Shown here in pieces: positions 11,018-21,042 of a stretch of 52,722 nt of DNA. Every line of letters starts with the position of its first letter. The first letter of the stretch is position 1. This DNA is from an uncultured Marinosulfonomonas sp. (GTDB lineage: Bacteria > Pseudomonadota > Alphaproteobacteria > Rhodobacterales > Rhodobacteraceae). A program made the position numbers and the translations under genes. Where the stretch lies: contig CAMZKY010000028.1 in the NCBI GenBank assembly GCA_947311455.1, forward strand, positions 1-52,722, read 5' to 3'. The notes beneath the pieces were generated by a model that was given only the letters and a program-made list of their open reading frames with translations, had not been told where the DNA came from and did not search any database.

Positions 11018-11146
11018 ACAATTTCTAACCTTACTGTTGTCGACTCACTTGCCAGTGCCTAATGTCGGGTATCTTGGCAATTCTTGCCAGAGGGACAAAA
11101 CAACGGGAAACGCGAAAACACGTTGTAAGACACTAGGGAGAACTAC

Positions 11147-12160
11147 ATGACATTTTCGATGAAAGGCCTAAAGGCTGCGGCACTTGGCGCGGTTTTGGTA
11201 CTGGGCACAGGGCTTGCCGCCTCGGCGCAAGATCTGAAATTCTTTACCATCGGCACCGGCGGCACCGCCTATACATATTATCCGGTTGGTGGCGTTATTG
11301 CCAACGCAATTTCCAAACCCCCGGGATCACGCGCCTGTGACGCGGGCGGCAGCTGTGGTGTTGATGGCCTGATTGCGTCGGCGGTGTCATCGCGCGGATC
11401 TGTTGATAACGTCAACGCGATCAATTCCGGCCTGCGCAATTCCGGTTTTGCCCAATCCGATGTGGCTTACTGGGCCTATACCGGCACCGGCACCATGGAA
11501 GGCAAAGAGCCGGCCAAAGACCTGCGCACAATCGCCGCTTTGTTTGAGGAGCATATCCACCTTGTGGCCCTTGCCGACAGCGGCATCAATTCGGTTGCCG
11601 ATCTAAAAGGCAAACGCGTTTCTTTGGACGAGCCGGGGTCAGGCACCTATGTTGACGCCAACATGATCCTTGGTGCGGCGGGCCTTTCCACGGACGACAT
11701 CACACCCGAAGCCCTTAAGGGCGGTGCCGCCGCCGAAGCATTGCGCAATGGCAAAATCGATGCGTTCTTTATCGTTGCCGGTTACCCAACCGGGGCGCTT
11801 GTTGAATTGGCCTCTGCCGCCGATATCAAACTTGTGCCAATTGACGGGGCTGTTGCCGAAACTCTGACAAGCAAATACGGTTTCTTCGCGGTAAGCGACA
11901 TTCCTGAAGGCGCTTATGAGGGGATCGCCACAACATCCACCGTTGCGGTTGGGGCACAATGGTTTACCTCTGCCAAAGAAGATGACGAGCTGATTTACCA
12001 AATCACCAAAGCCATCTGGAACGACAAGTCTCGCAAATTGTTGGACGTAGGCCACGCCAAAGGCAAAACCATCACACTGGAATCCGCCCTGAACGGTATC
12101 GGTGTGCCCCTGCACGCAGGTGCCGAGCGTTTCTACAAAGAAGTTGGCCTAATTAAATAA
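11147..12160 (+). CDS. TAXI family TRAP transporter solute-binding protein
   Basis: Signal peptide; IGTGGTAYTYYPVG, GSVDNV, AQSDVA and VPLHAGAERFY motifs. Confidence 0.93.
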   Translation: MTFSMKGLKAAALGAVLVLGTGLAASAQDLKFFTIGTGGTAYTYYPVGGVIANAISKPPGSRACDAGGSCGVDGLIASAVSSRGSVDNVNAINSGLRNSGFAQSDVAYWAYTGTGTMEGKEPAKDLRTIAALFEEHIHLVALADSGINSVADLKGKRVSLDEPGSGTYVDANMILGAAGLSTDDITPEALKGGAAAEALRNGKIDAFFIVAGYPTGALVELASAADIKLVPIDGAVAETLTSKYGFFAVSDIPEGAYEGIATTSTVAVGAQWFTSAKEDDELIYQITKAIWNDKSRKLLDVGHAKGKTITLESALNGIGVPLHAGAERFYKEVGLIK

Positions 12161-12180
12161 GGCCTTCTTTTCAATATATT

Positions 12181-12212
12181 GGCCCAAGTGCATCTGCGCT
12201 TGGGCCTTTTTT
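12181..12212 (+). terminator. Intercistronic stem-loop/terminator after the TAXI gene
   Basis: GGCCCAAGTGCA-TC-TGCGCTTGGGCC followed by TTTTTT. Confidence 0.7.
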
Positions 12213-12233
12213 ACTTAAGGTGGAACCTGTCTC

Positions 12234-14273
12234 ATGTCATCCGATATGCCCCCCGAATTAACCCCCGAGCAACTGGCCGAGATCGAACGCAATTACGATC
12301 CGGAAATGGCCTTTCGTGCCACGGGTAAACCCCTGTCTATTTTCATAACCACCGCCCTTGTGGCGATGTCGGCGTACCATTTTTACGCCTCCGGCTTTGG
12401 TTTGGTGCGCGAATTGTTGCACCGTGGTATTCACTTGTCCTTTGTTCTGGGGCTAGTGTTTTTGCTGTTATCATGGCGCAAAACCGACGGCACCGAAGTT
12501 GCACCGCCCGCATGGTATCGCTTTAGCGGCGTTTCAATCCTTGATATTATCTTTGCATTTCTGGCGGTTGGGGCATCTTTATATTTGCCGCTTTTGCCAC
12601 CCGAAATTGTTGCCGAACGCGTGGGCAACCCGTCGCAATTCGATGTGTTCATGGGCACAGCACTTTTGGTGATTGTGCTTGAGGCGGCGCGCCGTTCTAT
12701 CGGGCCAACCCTGCCGATCATTGCGATGATTTTTATCGGGTTTGCCATATTCGGCCCTTATGCGCCGGGCGCGTTAAAACATGGCGGTACCAGTTGGCTG
12801 GGCTTGATTAACCATCTTTATATGACCAATCAGGGTATATACGGCATCGCCATCGGCGTGATGGCGCAATATGTATTCCTGTTTATTCTGTTTGGCGTTC
12901 TGGCCACCCGTATTGGCCTTGGACAATTGTTCATTGATCTGGCGATGGTGATTGCGGGGCGCTATTCCGGCGGCCCTGCCAAGGTGGCGATTTTCTCGTC
13001 GGCCTTTATGGGCACAATTTCAGGATCCTCCATTGCCAACACCGTCACCACCGGCGCATTAACCATTCCGGCGATGAAAAAAGTCGGCTATCCGGCGCAT
13101 TTTGCTGGCGCGGTCGAGGCCACATCGTCGACCGGTGGGCAAATCACCCCGCCAATCCTTGGCGCGGCGGCGTTTATCATGGTGGAATATCTTGAAATTC
13201 CATTGCGTGATGTGCTGGCGGCGGCGTTATTTCCGGCGATGCTGCATTATTTCGGTATCTTTACCATGGTGCATCTAGAGGCCAAAAAACTGGGCCTGCG
13301 CGGGTTGAAAGCCGAAGAACTTCCGAAAATGGGCATTGTGCTCAAGCAACATTGGCTATCAGTTATTCCGCTGATTATTCTGGTGTACCTGATCCTGTCA
13401 GGCCGCACCCCGGATTTTGCCGCGGTTTACGGGATTATCGCCTGTGTGGTTGTCGGGTTTCTTAATCCGGTCAATCGCCTGTCGGTCAAAGACTTGTGGG
13501 ATGCTTTGTCCGCCGGCGCCAAAAACACCCTTGCGGTGGGCGCGGCAGCGGCGTGCGTGGGCATTATTGTCGGGGTTGTTACCCTCACCGGCGTTGGCTT
13601 TCGTCTGGGCTATGTTGTGGTGCAAACCGCCACGGATATCGGCGCATCGATCAGCTCGCTTTACCCGTTCAGCTATTTCGGGGTCGAGCAATGGGCGCTG
13701 TTTGTGTCACTGATCCTGATTGCGGTTTCCTGCATCATCATGGGCGCAGGCATCCCAACCACTGCCACTTATATCATCCTTGTGGCGGTTGCGGCCCCTG
13801 CGTTAGCGCAATTGCAAGTGCAACCTTTGGTGTCGCATTTCTTTGTGTTTTACTACGGTGTTCTGGCCGATATCACCCCACCCGTGGCCCTCGCGGCCTA
13901 TGCGGCGGCGGGGATTGCCGGATCGAACCCGTTTAAAACCGGCAATACCGCATTTCGTCTGGGGATTGCCAAGGCGCTTGTGCCCTTTGTGTTTGTCTAT
14001 TCGCCAGCTTTGCTTTTGGTTGCCGATGGCTTCACCTGGTATGCGTTCTTTATTACGCTGTTGGGCGCAGCTATGGGCATTGGCAGCATGGGCATTGCCT
14101 TTGCCGGATATTTCATTGCGCCGCTTAAGATGGGGGAACGTATTTGGGTGGCGCTTGTGGCGCTGTTCTTTGTGGCTCCCGGTATTTCGACAATGGCTGT
14201 GGGGCTGATTTTGATGGTTCCTATCCTCTTGATCCAGCTTAAACGACGTGCTGAGGGGCAACCTGCCCTCTAG
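12234..14273 (+). CDS. TRAP transporter fused 4TM/12TM permease
   Basis: GGPAKVAI, ISGSSIANTVTTG, GGQITPPILGAAAF and ADITPPVALAAYAAAGIA motifs. Confidence 0.93.
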   Translation: MSSDMPPELTPEQLAEIERNYDPEMAFRATGKPLSIFITTALVAMSAYHFYASGFGLVRELLHRGIHLSFVLGLVFLLLSWRKTDGTEVAPPAWYRFSGVSILDIIFAFLAVGASLYLPLLPPEIVAERVGNPSQFDVFMGTALLVIVLEAARRSIGPTLPIIAMIFIGFAIFGPYAPGALKHGGTSWLGLINHLYMTNQGIYGIAIGVMAQYVFLFILFGVLATRIGLGQLFIDLAMVIAGRYSGGPAKVAIFSSAFMGTISGSSIANTVTTGALTIPAMKKVGYPAHFAGAVEATSSTGGQITPPILGAAAFIMVEYLEIPLRDVLAAALFPAMLHYFGIFTMVHLEAKKLGLRGLKAEELPKMGIVLKQHWLSVIPLIILVYLILSGRTPDFAAVYGIIACVVVGFLNPVNRLSVKDLWDALSAGAKNTLAVGAAAACVGIIVGVVTLTGVGFRLGYVVVQTATDIGASISSLYPFSYFGVEQWALFVSLILIAVSCIIMGAGIPTTATYIILVAVAAPALAQLQVQPLVSHFFVFYYGVLADITPPVALAAYAAAGIAGSNPFKTGNTAFRLGIAKALVPFVFVYSPALLLVADGFTWYAFFITLLGAAMGIGSMGIAFAGYFIAPLKMGERIWVALVALFFVAPGISTMAVGLILMVPILLIQLKRRAEGQPAL

Positions 14274-14330
14274 ACAAAACCACCTTTCTCCGGTTATCTG
14301 AACAAGCGTTCATTTAACCGGAGAGACCCC

Positions 14331-15086
14331 ATGCTTATTTCCCAAACATCCGCACTCATCACCGGCGGGGCCTCGGGCCTTGGCAAAGCAACCGCGCGGA
14401 GCCTGCGGGAGGCGGGCGCGCAAGTGACCCTGTTTGATCGCGATAACGAACGCGGCCCTATGGTGGCCAGCGAAATCGGCGCGCATTTTGCCCATGTGGA
14501 TGTGACGGATGCCGATTCTGTGGCGGCGGGCCTAAAACTGGCCAAAGAAAAAATGGGCGCGGTCAATGCCTGCATCAATTGCGCCGGTATTGCCACGGGC
14601 GAAAAAACCGTGGGGCGCGATGGGCCGCACAGGATCGAAACCTTTCAGCGCACTATTGATATCAACATGATTGGTACCTTCAACGTCATGCGCCTTGCCG
14701 CGGCTGAAATGCAAGGTAATGACCCCAATGAAGATGGCGAGCGCGGCGTGATCATCAACACCGCCAGCATCGCCGCCTTTGACGGGCAAATGGGACAAGT
14801 AGCCTATGCCGCCTCCAAGGCTGGCATTGCGGGGATGTCCCTGCCCGCCGCCCGCGATCTGGCCCGTAGTGGTATCCGTGTGATGGCGATTGCGCCTGGT
14901 ATTTTCCTCACGCCGATGCTCGAAGGTTTGGGCCAAGAAATCATCGACGGATTGGCTGTTGACGTGACATTCCCCAAACGCCTTGGCAAACCGTCGGAAT
15001 ACGCCAACCTTGCGCGGTTTATCATCGAAAGCCCCTACCTAAACGGCGAAGTGATCCGCATCGACGGGGCGTTACGGATGCGGTGA
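14331..15086 (+). CDS. SDR oxidoreductase, 3-hydroxyacyl-CoA dehydrogenase type II (HSD10-like)
   Basis: [29 protein letters not shown] and [13 protein letters not shown]. Confidence 0.88.
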   Translation: MLISQTSALITGGASGLGKATARSLREAGAQVTLFDRDNERGPMVASEIGAHFAHVDVTDADSVAAGLKLAKEKMGAVNACINCAGIATGEKTVGRDGPHRIETFQRTIDINMIGTFNVMRLAAAEMQGNDPNEDGERGVIINTASIAAFDGQMGQVAYAASKAGIAGMSLPAARDLARSGIRVMAIAPGIFLTPMLEGLGQEIIDGLAVDVTFPKRLGKPSEYANLARFIIESPYLNGEVIRIDGALRMR

Positions 15087-15106
15087 ACTGGCAAAATTCG
15101 GCAAAT

Positions 15107-15147
15107 TTGCACACGCTTGCAATACCGTTCCAATACGCTTGCAATAC
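15107..15147. repeat. Short tandem repeat with ~11-bp period (TTGCAATACnn)
   Basis: TTGCACACGC-TTGCAATACCG-TTCCAATACGC-TTGCAATAC between convergent genes. Confidence 0.55.
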
Positions 15148-15155
15148 AAGGGGGG

Positions 15156-16970
15156 TCACCCCTGTTCCTGCTTTTCCTCAAGCGCCATCCATTCTTCTTC
15201 GGCAGCGTCCAGTTTGGCTTGACGTTCGATCAACGCATCGGTGCCTTTTTGGAATTTTATCGGCTCTTTGGTGAACATATCCGGGTCTGATAAAAATTCT
15301 GCAAGCTTTCCAATCTCGGCTTCTAACCGCTCCATCTCGGCGGGCAATTCGTCTAAACGGTGCTGTTCTGTATAACTCAGCCCTACAGATTTACCCGCAC
15401 TAGCTCGCGTTCCCTTTCCCGTCTTGGCTTTAGTTTTAACAGCGATTTCTATCTTGGCATCATCCGCGCGCTGCGTTTGATAATCCGACCAGCCTCCTGC
15501 ATAGGTAACCGCCTTGCCATTACCCTCCATCGCGATTGTCGTCGTCACCACCCGATCCAGAAAATCACGATCGTGGCTCACCAGCAAAACCGTACCGTCA
15601 TAGTCGCCCAACAGTTCTTGCAACAGATCCAGTGTTTCGACATCTAAATCATTGGTTGGTTCATCCAGAACCAGCAAATTGCTTTCCTTCGCCATGATCC
15701 GCGCCAGCAACAACCGCGCCTTTTCACCACCGGAAAGTGAACGAACAGGGGCGCGTAACTGGTTTTCAGCAAACAAGAAATCTTTTAAATACCCCGCCAC
15801 ATGACGCGGCGCGCCGCGCACCATAACCTGATCGGCCTTGCCCGAAACCCGCAGGCCCACATCGCCCGTCAGGCTTTCCCAAAGGCTGATATCGGGGTCA
15901 AGCTGCATTCGATTTTGATCAAACAGCGCGATATCCAGATTGGTGCCGCGCATGATCTCGCCGCTATCAGGTTCAACCGTCCCTAACAGCATATTCAGCA
16001 GTGTGGTTTTCCCTACACCATTCGGCCCGACAAATCCGATACAATCGCCGCGATTAACCTTGATCGAGAAATTGGATAAGATCACCTTTCCATCATAAGC
16101 CTTTGAAATTTCTTTGGCTTCGATCACTTTCTTGCCAGATTTACGGCCTGATTCCAGCACCATGCCCGCCGTGCCCTGACGTTTGATCTGCGCCGCACGG
16201 CCCGCCTGTAAGTCCCGCAACGCCCGCAATCGCCCTTGATTGCGCTTGCGCCGCGCCGAAATGCCTTCTACCGCCCATCGGGCCTCGGCCTTGATCTTGC
16301 GGTTCAACTTGTGGCGCTGCTGGTCTTCTTCTTCCCATGCCTTGTCACGCCACGCTTCGAACGAGGCAAAGCCCTGCTCCTGCCGTTTGACTTTTCCCCT
16401 GTCAATCCAAAGGGTTGCGCGGGTTAATGCATTTAAAAACGCACGGTCATGCGAAATCAAAACATAGCCGGTGCGGGTGTTTTTCAACTGGTCTTCCAAC
16501 CAGCCAATCGCCTGAATATCCAGATGGTTTGTTGGCTCGTCCAACAGCATCAATTCCGGCGCTTCGGCCAGCAGTTTCGCCAGAGCCGCACGGCGCCGCT
16601 CGCCCCCCGATGCGGTGGCCACATCCCCCGCCGGATCAAATTTCAGCCCTTCGGCCACCATATCAACGCGGTAGCCTTCGCCGTCTGGCAATCCACTTGC
16701 CGCATAATCCCCAAGCGTGGAAAACCCCGCAAAATCAGGATCTTGCTCCATATAGCCAACCTTGACCCCCGGAGAAATCACCACACTGCCGGTGTCGGCC
16801 TCAACCAATCCGGCCATTACCTTCATCAAGGTTGATTTACCCGACCCGTTGCGCCCCACCAAAGCCACGCGGTCGCTTTGATGAACCACCATGGACAGGT
16901 CGGAAAAAACTGGATCGCCACCAAAAGTAAGCGAAATATCAGAGAGCTGAAGAAGAGGAATACGTGCCAT
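15156..16970 (-). CDS. uup: ABC-F family ATPase Uup
   Basis: Two ABC domains (GRNGSGKST, GPNGVGKTT, LDEPTNHLD/LDEPTNDLD), linker ARRKRNQGR and a C-terminal coiled coil ending EEEW. Confidence 0.88.
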   Translation of the reverse strand: MARIPLLQLSDISLTFGGDPVFSDLSMVVHQSDRVALVGRNGSGKSTLMKVMAGLVEADTGSVVISPGVKVGYMEQDPDFAGFSTLGDYAASGLPDGEGYRVDMVAEGLKFDPAGDVATASGGERRRAALAKLLAEAPELMLLDEPTNHLDIQAIGWLEDQLKNTRTGYVLISHDRAFLNALTRATLWIDRGKVKRQEQGFASFEAWRDKAWEEEDQQRHKLNRKIKAEARWAVEGISARRKRNQGRLRALRDLQAGRAAQIKRQGTAGMVLESGRKSGKKVIEAKEISKAYDGKVILSNFSIKVNRGDCIGFVGPNGVGKTTLLNMLLGTVEPDSGEIMRGTNLDIALFDQNRMQLDPDISLWESLTGDVGLRVSGKADQVMVRGAPRHVAGYLKDFLFAENQLRAPVRSLSGGEKARLLLARIMAKESNLLVLDEPTNDLDVETLDLLQELLGDYDGTVLLVSHDRDFLDRVVTTTIAMEGNGKAVTYAGGWSDYQTQRADDAKIEIAVKTKAKTGKGTRASAGKSVGLSYTEQHRLDELPAEMERLEAEIGKLAEFLSDPDMFTKEPIKFQKGTDALIERQAKLDAAEEEWMALEEKQEQG

Positions 16971-17008
16971 AAGGTGTGGCTATTGCCACAGGCGCGCCGC
17001 GTCAACCA

Positions 17009-17716
17009 TTATGCCGACATCGCCCGCAATAATCGTTTGCGCGCGGGGCTAATCGCATCAACGTCAACGCCGGTAAAAACGTGCATTGTGTCCATCTGGC
17101 GATCCACCACAGCATGATCCGAAACACGCCCCCCCAGAGACAAGTATCCACGCAACAACGGCGGAATTTGCGCGGCACCGCCCGCCTCTGCCCCCCCCTC
17201 AAACGCAACAAAATCACCCGATTTCCGTTTGGGGCGCCAATTATCTGGTGCAAGATAGCGCGCGTTTAGATGTGCAAAGCCTTCCGAATAACGGCTCGGA
17301 TCAGTTCCTTCAAATGAAGCACACCCAAATAAGAAACCTATTTTCAGTGCATCCACAATTCGCGTAACACCTGCCCATGCCGCCCGCACCAAATCAGGAT
17401 CAAGGCAATCAGGATGTGTACAAAACCGCCCGATCTCTAACATTGGCTGATGATAGGTTTGAAATTTTGAAAGCTCATAATACTGACCGGAATATCCTTT
17501 TGCGGCATCATCCCCCGTCGAAAATACCATCATTCGAAAGCTGGCCAGCACAGTTTTCGACGCGGCATCCGCGATTAACACATGATCAGACACCTCATCA
17601 AATCCGTCCCGATTGGGTGTTCTAAACGCAAGGTCGCGTAATTCATACGAGGCACGCAATTGCGATGATTGTTTTGCAACAAACACCCGATACCGTCCTT
17701 TTTGGAATTCATGCAC
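17009..17716 (-). CDS. OlsB-like GNAT N-acyltransferase (amino-lipid synthesis family)
   Basis: GYSGQYYEL, LEIGRFC, LFGCASFEGTD and PPLLRGYLSLGG motifs. Confidence 0.8.
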   Translation of the reverse strand: MHEFQKGRYRVFVAKQSSQLRASYELRDLAFRTPNRDGFDEVSDHVLIADAASKTVLASFRMMVFSTGDDAAKGYSGQYYELSKFQTYHQPMLEIGRFCTHPDCLDPDLVRAAWAGVTRIVDALKIGFLFGCASFEGTDPSRYSEGFAHLNARYLAPDNWRPKRKSGDFVAFEGGAEAGGAAQIPPLLRGYLSLGGRVSDHAVVDRQMDTMHVFTGVDVDAISPARKRLLRAMSA

Positions 17717-17811
17717 AGATCACGCCCCTGTTATTTTAGCACCGCCAACCTTGCGCCACACTCGTTACCGTCTAAATATGACGCAACAGAAATCAGGACA
17801 CAAGGAACCCC

Positions 17812-18201
17812 ATGACAAAAATTGAAAAATCCGAAGAGGAGTGGCGCGCGCAATTGTCCGATCTTGCCTATACCGTCACCCGCAAACACGGCACCGAACG
17901 CGCCTTCAGCCATGATAATTTCCCCAAAGACGCGGGGCAATACCACTGTATCTGCTGCGACGCACCGCTGTTTGATCAACAAACCAAATTCGACAGCGGC
18001 ACCGGCTGGCCCAGTTTCTTTGCCCCCCTGTCCAAAGACGCAATCGGTGAATCCGTTGATCGAAAACTGTTTATGAAACGCACCGAAGTCCACTGCGCCA
18101 CTTGCGACGCCCATCTGGGCCATGTCTTTCCCGACGGCCCCGCCCCGACCGGCCTGCGCTATTGCCTGAACGGCGTCGCCCTAAGCTTCAAACCCGCATA
18201 A
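17812..18201 (+). CDS. msrB: Peptide-methionine (R)-S-oxide reductase
   Basis: [27 protein letters not shown] and RYCLNG; two CxxC zinc motifs. Confidence 0.97.
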   Translation: MTKIEKSEEEWRAQLSDLAYTVTRKHGTERAFSHDNFPKDAGQYHCICCDAPLFDQQTKFDSGTGWPSFFAPLSKDAIGESVDRKLFMKRTEVHCATCDAHLGHVFPDGPAPTGLRYCLNGVALSFKPA

Positions 18202-18262
18202 TCTTCTTCTTTTCCGTCAAATATCCTCGCCGAAGGCCTCGCGGCGCGCAACGCGCGGCGCA
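18202..18262 (+). repeat. Intergenic repeat (TTCTTTT..AAATATCCnCGCCG + GC hairpin)
   Basis: CTTCTTTTCCGTCAAATATCCTCGCCGAAGGC followed by the hairpin GCGCG-CAA-CGCGC; a related inverted copy lies at 22844-22930. Confidence 0.5.
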
Positions 18263-18291
18263 AATCAACATGTGATGCGCAGCATCCCCTT

Positions 18292-21042
18292 TTACTTTAC
18301 CGCCTCGGCCCTCACCGCCGAAAACTTGAATTCAGGTATTTTACCATAGGGATCAACCGCCGAATTGGTCAGGATATTGGCTGCCGCTTCCACATAGGCA
18401 AACGGCAAAAACACCATATCTTCGGCCACGGCCCGATCAGCGCGCGCCATAATATCCACTGTACCGCGCCGTGTGGTCAGGCGGATCATCTCCCCCGCAG
18501 CAATCCCAAGTCCGCGTAACGTACGCGGATGAAGCGAACAATTTGCCTCTGGCTCCACCAAATCCAGCACCTTGGAGCGCCGCGTCATTGTGCCGGTGTG
18601 CCAGTGTTCAAGCTGACGGCCTGTGGTCAGGATCATCGGGTAATCGTCGTCAGGGGTTTCATCGGGCGCAATCACGCTGGCGGGGGTGAATTTAGCGCGC
18701 TTGTCATCCCGCGGAAATCCGTCACCAAACACAATCGCTTGCCCAGGGTCGTTCTTCGACAGAGATGGGTAAGTAACCGCCCCTTGCGCTTCAAGCCGCT
18801 CCCATGAAATATTGGACAAGCTTTTCATGTTCAACGCCATCTCGTTAAACACTTCGCGCGGATGGGTATATGCCCAATCCAGCCCCAGCCGTTTGGCAAG
18901 CTCGGTTTCAATCCACCAATCGGGCTTGGCGTCCCCGGGCGGTGCGAGCGCCGCGCGTCCCATTTGCACCTGACGGTTGGTGTTGGTCACGGTGCCGTCT
19001 TTTTCGGCAAAGGCCGTGGCGGGCAGGATCACATCGGCATAATTGGCGGTTTCGGTCAGGAAAATATCCTGCACCACCAGATGATCCAGTTTGGCCAATG
19101 CAGCGCGGGCATGGGTCACATCGGGGTCAGACATGGCGGGGTTTTCACCCAGAATATACATGCCCTGAATATCGCCCTCGTGCACTGCGGATAATATCTC
19201 GGTTACGGTCAAACCTTTTTGCGCGGAAAAGTCATCTGTGCCCCAAACATCAGTGAAGGCTTTGCGTGAACTATCGCTTGTAACTGATTGATAATCCGGT
19301 AAAAACATAGGTATCAGACCCGCATCAGAGGCCCCTTGCACATTGTTCTGACCGCGCAACGGGTGCAGCCCCGCACCGGGTTTTCCAACGTTACCCGTCA
19401 TTAATCCAAGGCTGATCAAACAGCGCGAATTGTCGGTGCCGTGGATATGTTGGCTCACCCCCATGCCCCAGAAAATCATTCCAGCTGATCCAGCTGCAAA
19501 AGTGCGCGCCGCGGCACGAATATCATCAGCTGGAATACCGCAAATCCCTTCCATAGCCTCAGGGGTAAAATCCGCCAGATGGGCTTTTTCTGCCTGCCAG
19601 TTTTCAGTGTATTGATTAATATAGGCCTGATCATACAGGCCTTCATTCACAATCACATTCATCATGGCATTCAACAGCGACACATCCGCCCCCGGGCGAA
19701 ATTGCAGCATATGGGTGGCAAAGCGTTTCAAGGCCTGTCCGCGTGGATCCATGACAATCAGTTTGCCGCCGCGTTTGACGAATTGCTTGAAATAGGTCGC
19801 GGCAACAGGGTGATTTTCGATCGGGTTACAGCCAATCACAATCGCCACATCTGAATGTTCGATCTGGTTAAACGTGGCGGTCACAGCACCTGACCCGACA
19901 TTTTCCAGCAAGGCCGCCACGCTTGAGGCATGACACAACCGCGTGCAGTGATCGACGTTATTGTGGCCAAAGCCCTGCCGGATCAGTTTTTGAAACAGAT
20001 AGGCCTCTTCATTGGTGCATTTGGCGCTGCCAAAGCCGGCCACCTTGGTGCCCCCCAAATCGCCAAGGCCCTTGGCGGCAAAATCCAGCGCCTCGTCCCA
20101 TGTGGCCTCGCGAAAATGGCTTAGCGGGTTGGCTGGATCAACATTTAATCCCTTGGCGGGCGCGTCTGCGCGGCGGATCAATGGTTTGGTTAAACGGTGC
20201 GGGTGGTGGATGTAATCAAAGCCAAAACGCCCCTTAACACAGAGGCGGCCTTCGTTGGCGGGGCCATCCAGCCCTTGCACATATACAACTTTTTCATCCC
20301 TAATCTTGAGGGAAACCTGGCATCCAACCCCACAAAACGGACATATGGTCGAAACTTCGCGGTCAAAATCATTGCTATCGCCCTGCCCCGCTTTATCCAG
20401 CGTCGCCGCCGGCATCAACGCCCCTGTCGGACAGGCCTGCACACATTCTCCACAGGCCACACAGGTGCTTTCCCCCATCGGATCATCCAGATCAAACACC
20501 GGATAGGCCTTATGCCCGCGCCCCGCCATGGCGATCACATCATTGACCTGCACCTCGCGACAGGCCCGCACACATAGCCCGCATTGAATGCAGGCATCCA
20601 GATTAACCTGCATTGCCACATGGCTGTGATCCAGCAATGGCACGCAGTCAGGTTCCAGCGCTGGAAAACGGCTTTTGGATACGCCAACATCCGCAGCCAT
20701 ATCCCAAAAATGCGCTGATTTATCATGGGCCTTGTCTTGCGCGGGTTGATCGGCGGCCAACAATTCCACCACCATTTTACGCGCCTTTTCGGCACGCGCC
20801 GAATTGGTGGTCACCACCATGCCTTCGGTCGGGGTGCGGATACAGGACGCGGCCAAGGTGCGCTCGCCTTCGATTTCCACCATACAGGCGCGGCAATTCC
20901 CGTCGGGGCGATAGCCTTTGGCGGGCTTGTGGCACAGGTGCGGAATTTTAAGACCGCGCCCATTGGCGACCTCCCAAATGGTTTCCCCGTCTTTGGCGAC
21001 AACTTCTTGACCATCAAGGAGAAAACGAACCGGATCGGACAT
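18292..21042 (-). CDS. fdhF: NAD-dependent formate dehydrogenase alpha subunit (Mo/W-bisPGD, Cys ligand)
   Basis: N-terminal 2Fe-2S and 4Fe-4S motifs (GNCRAC, CIQCGLCVRAC, CVACGECVQAC), CPFCGVGC, active site CTRLCHAS, PLRGQNNVQG. Confidence 0.93.
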   Translation of the reverse strand: MSDPVRFLLDGQEVVAKDGETIWEVANGRGLKIPHLCHKPAKGYRPDGNCRACMVEIEGERTLAASCIRTPTEGMVVTTNSARAEKARKMVVELLAADQPAQDKAHDKSAHFWDMAADVGVSKSRFPALEPDCVPLLDHSHVAMQVNLDACIQCGLCVRACREVQVNDVIAMAGRGHKAYPVFDLDDPMGESTCVACGECVQACPTGALMPAATLDKAGQGDSNDFDREVSTICPFCGVGCQVSLKIRDEKVVYVQGLDGPANEGRLCVKGRFGFDYIHHPHRLTKPLIRRADAPAKGLNVDPANPLSHFREATWDEALDFAAKGLGDLGGTKVAGFGSAKCTNEEAYLFQKLIRQGFGHNNVDHCTRLCHASSVAALLENVGSGAVTATFNQIEHSDVAIVIGCNPIENHPVAATYFKQFVKRGGKLIVMDPRGQALKRFATHMLQFRPGADVSLLNAMMNVIVNEGLYDQAYINQYTENWQAEKAHLADFTPEAMEGICGIPADDIRAAARTFAAGSAGMIFWGMGVSQHIHGTDNSRCLISLGLMTGNVGKPGAGLHPLRGQNNVQGASDAGLIPMFLPDYQSVTSDSSRKAFTDVWGTDDFSAQKGLTVTEILSAVHEGDIQGMYILGENPAMSDPDVTHARAALAKLDHLVVQDIFLTETANYADVILPATAFAEKDGTVTNTNRQVQMGRAALAPPGDAKPDWWIETELAKRLGLDWAYTHPREVFNEMALNMKSLSNISWERLEAQGAVTYPSLSKNDPGQAIVFGDGFPRDDKRAKFTPASVIAPDETPDDDYPMILTTGRQLEHWHTGTMTRRSKVLDLVEPEANCSLHPRTLRGLGIAAGEMIRLTTRRGTVDIMARADRAVAEDMVFLPFAYVEAAANILTNSAVDPYGKIPEFKFSAVRAEAVK

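Noticed and set aside
11075-11090. Sigma-54 promoter upstream of the TAXI gene (TGGCAATTCTTGC)
   Set aside because: The GG-to-GC spacing is 2 nt too short for a -24/-12 element.
19920-19960. Selenocysteine in the FDH active site
   Set aside because: The frame is open and the ligand codon is Cys (CTRLCHAS); there is no in-frame TGA.
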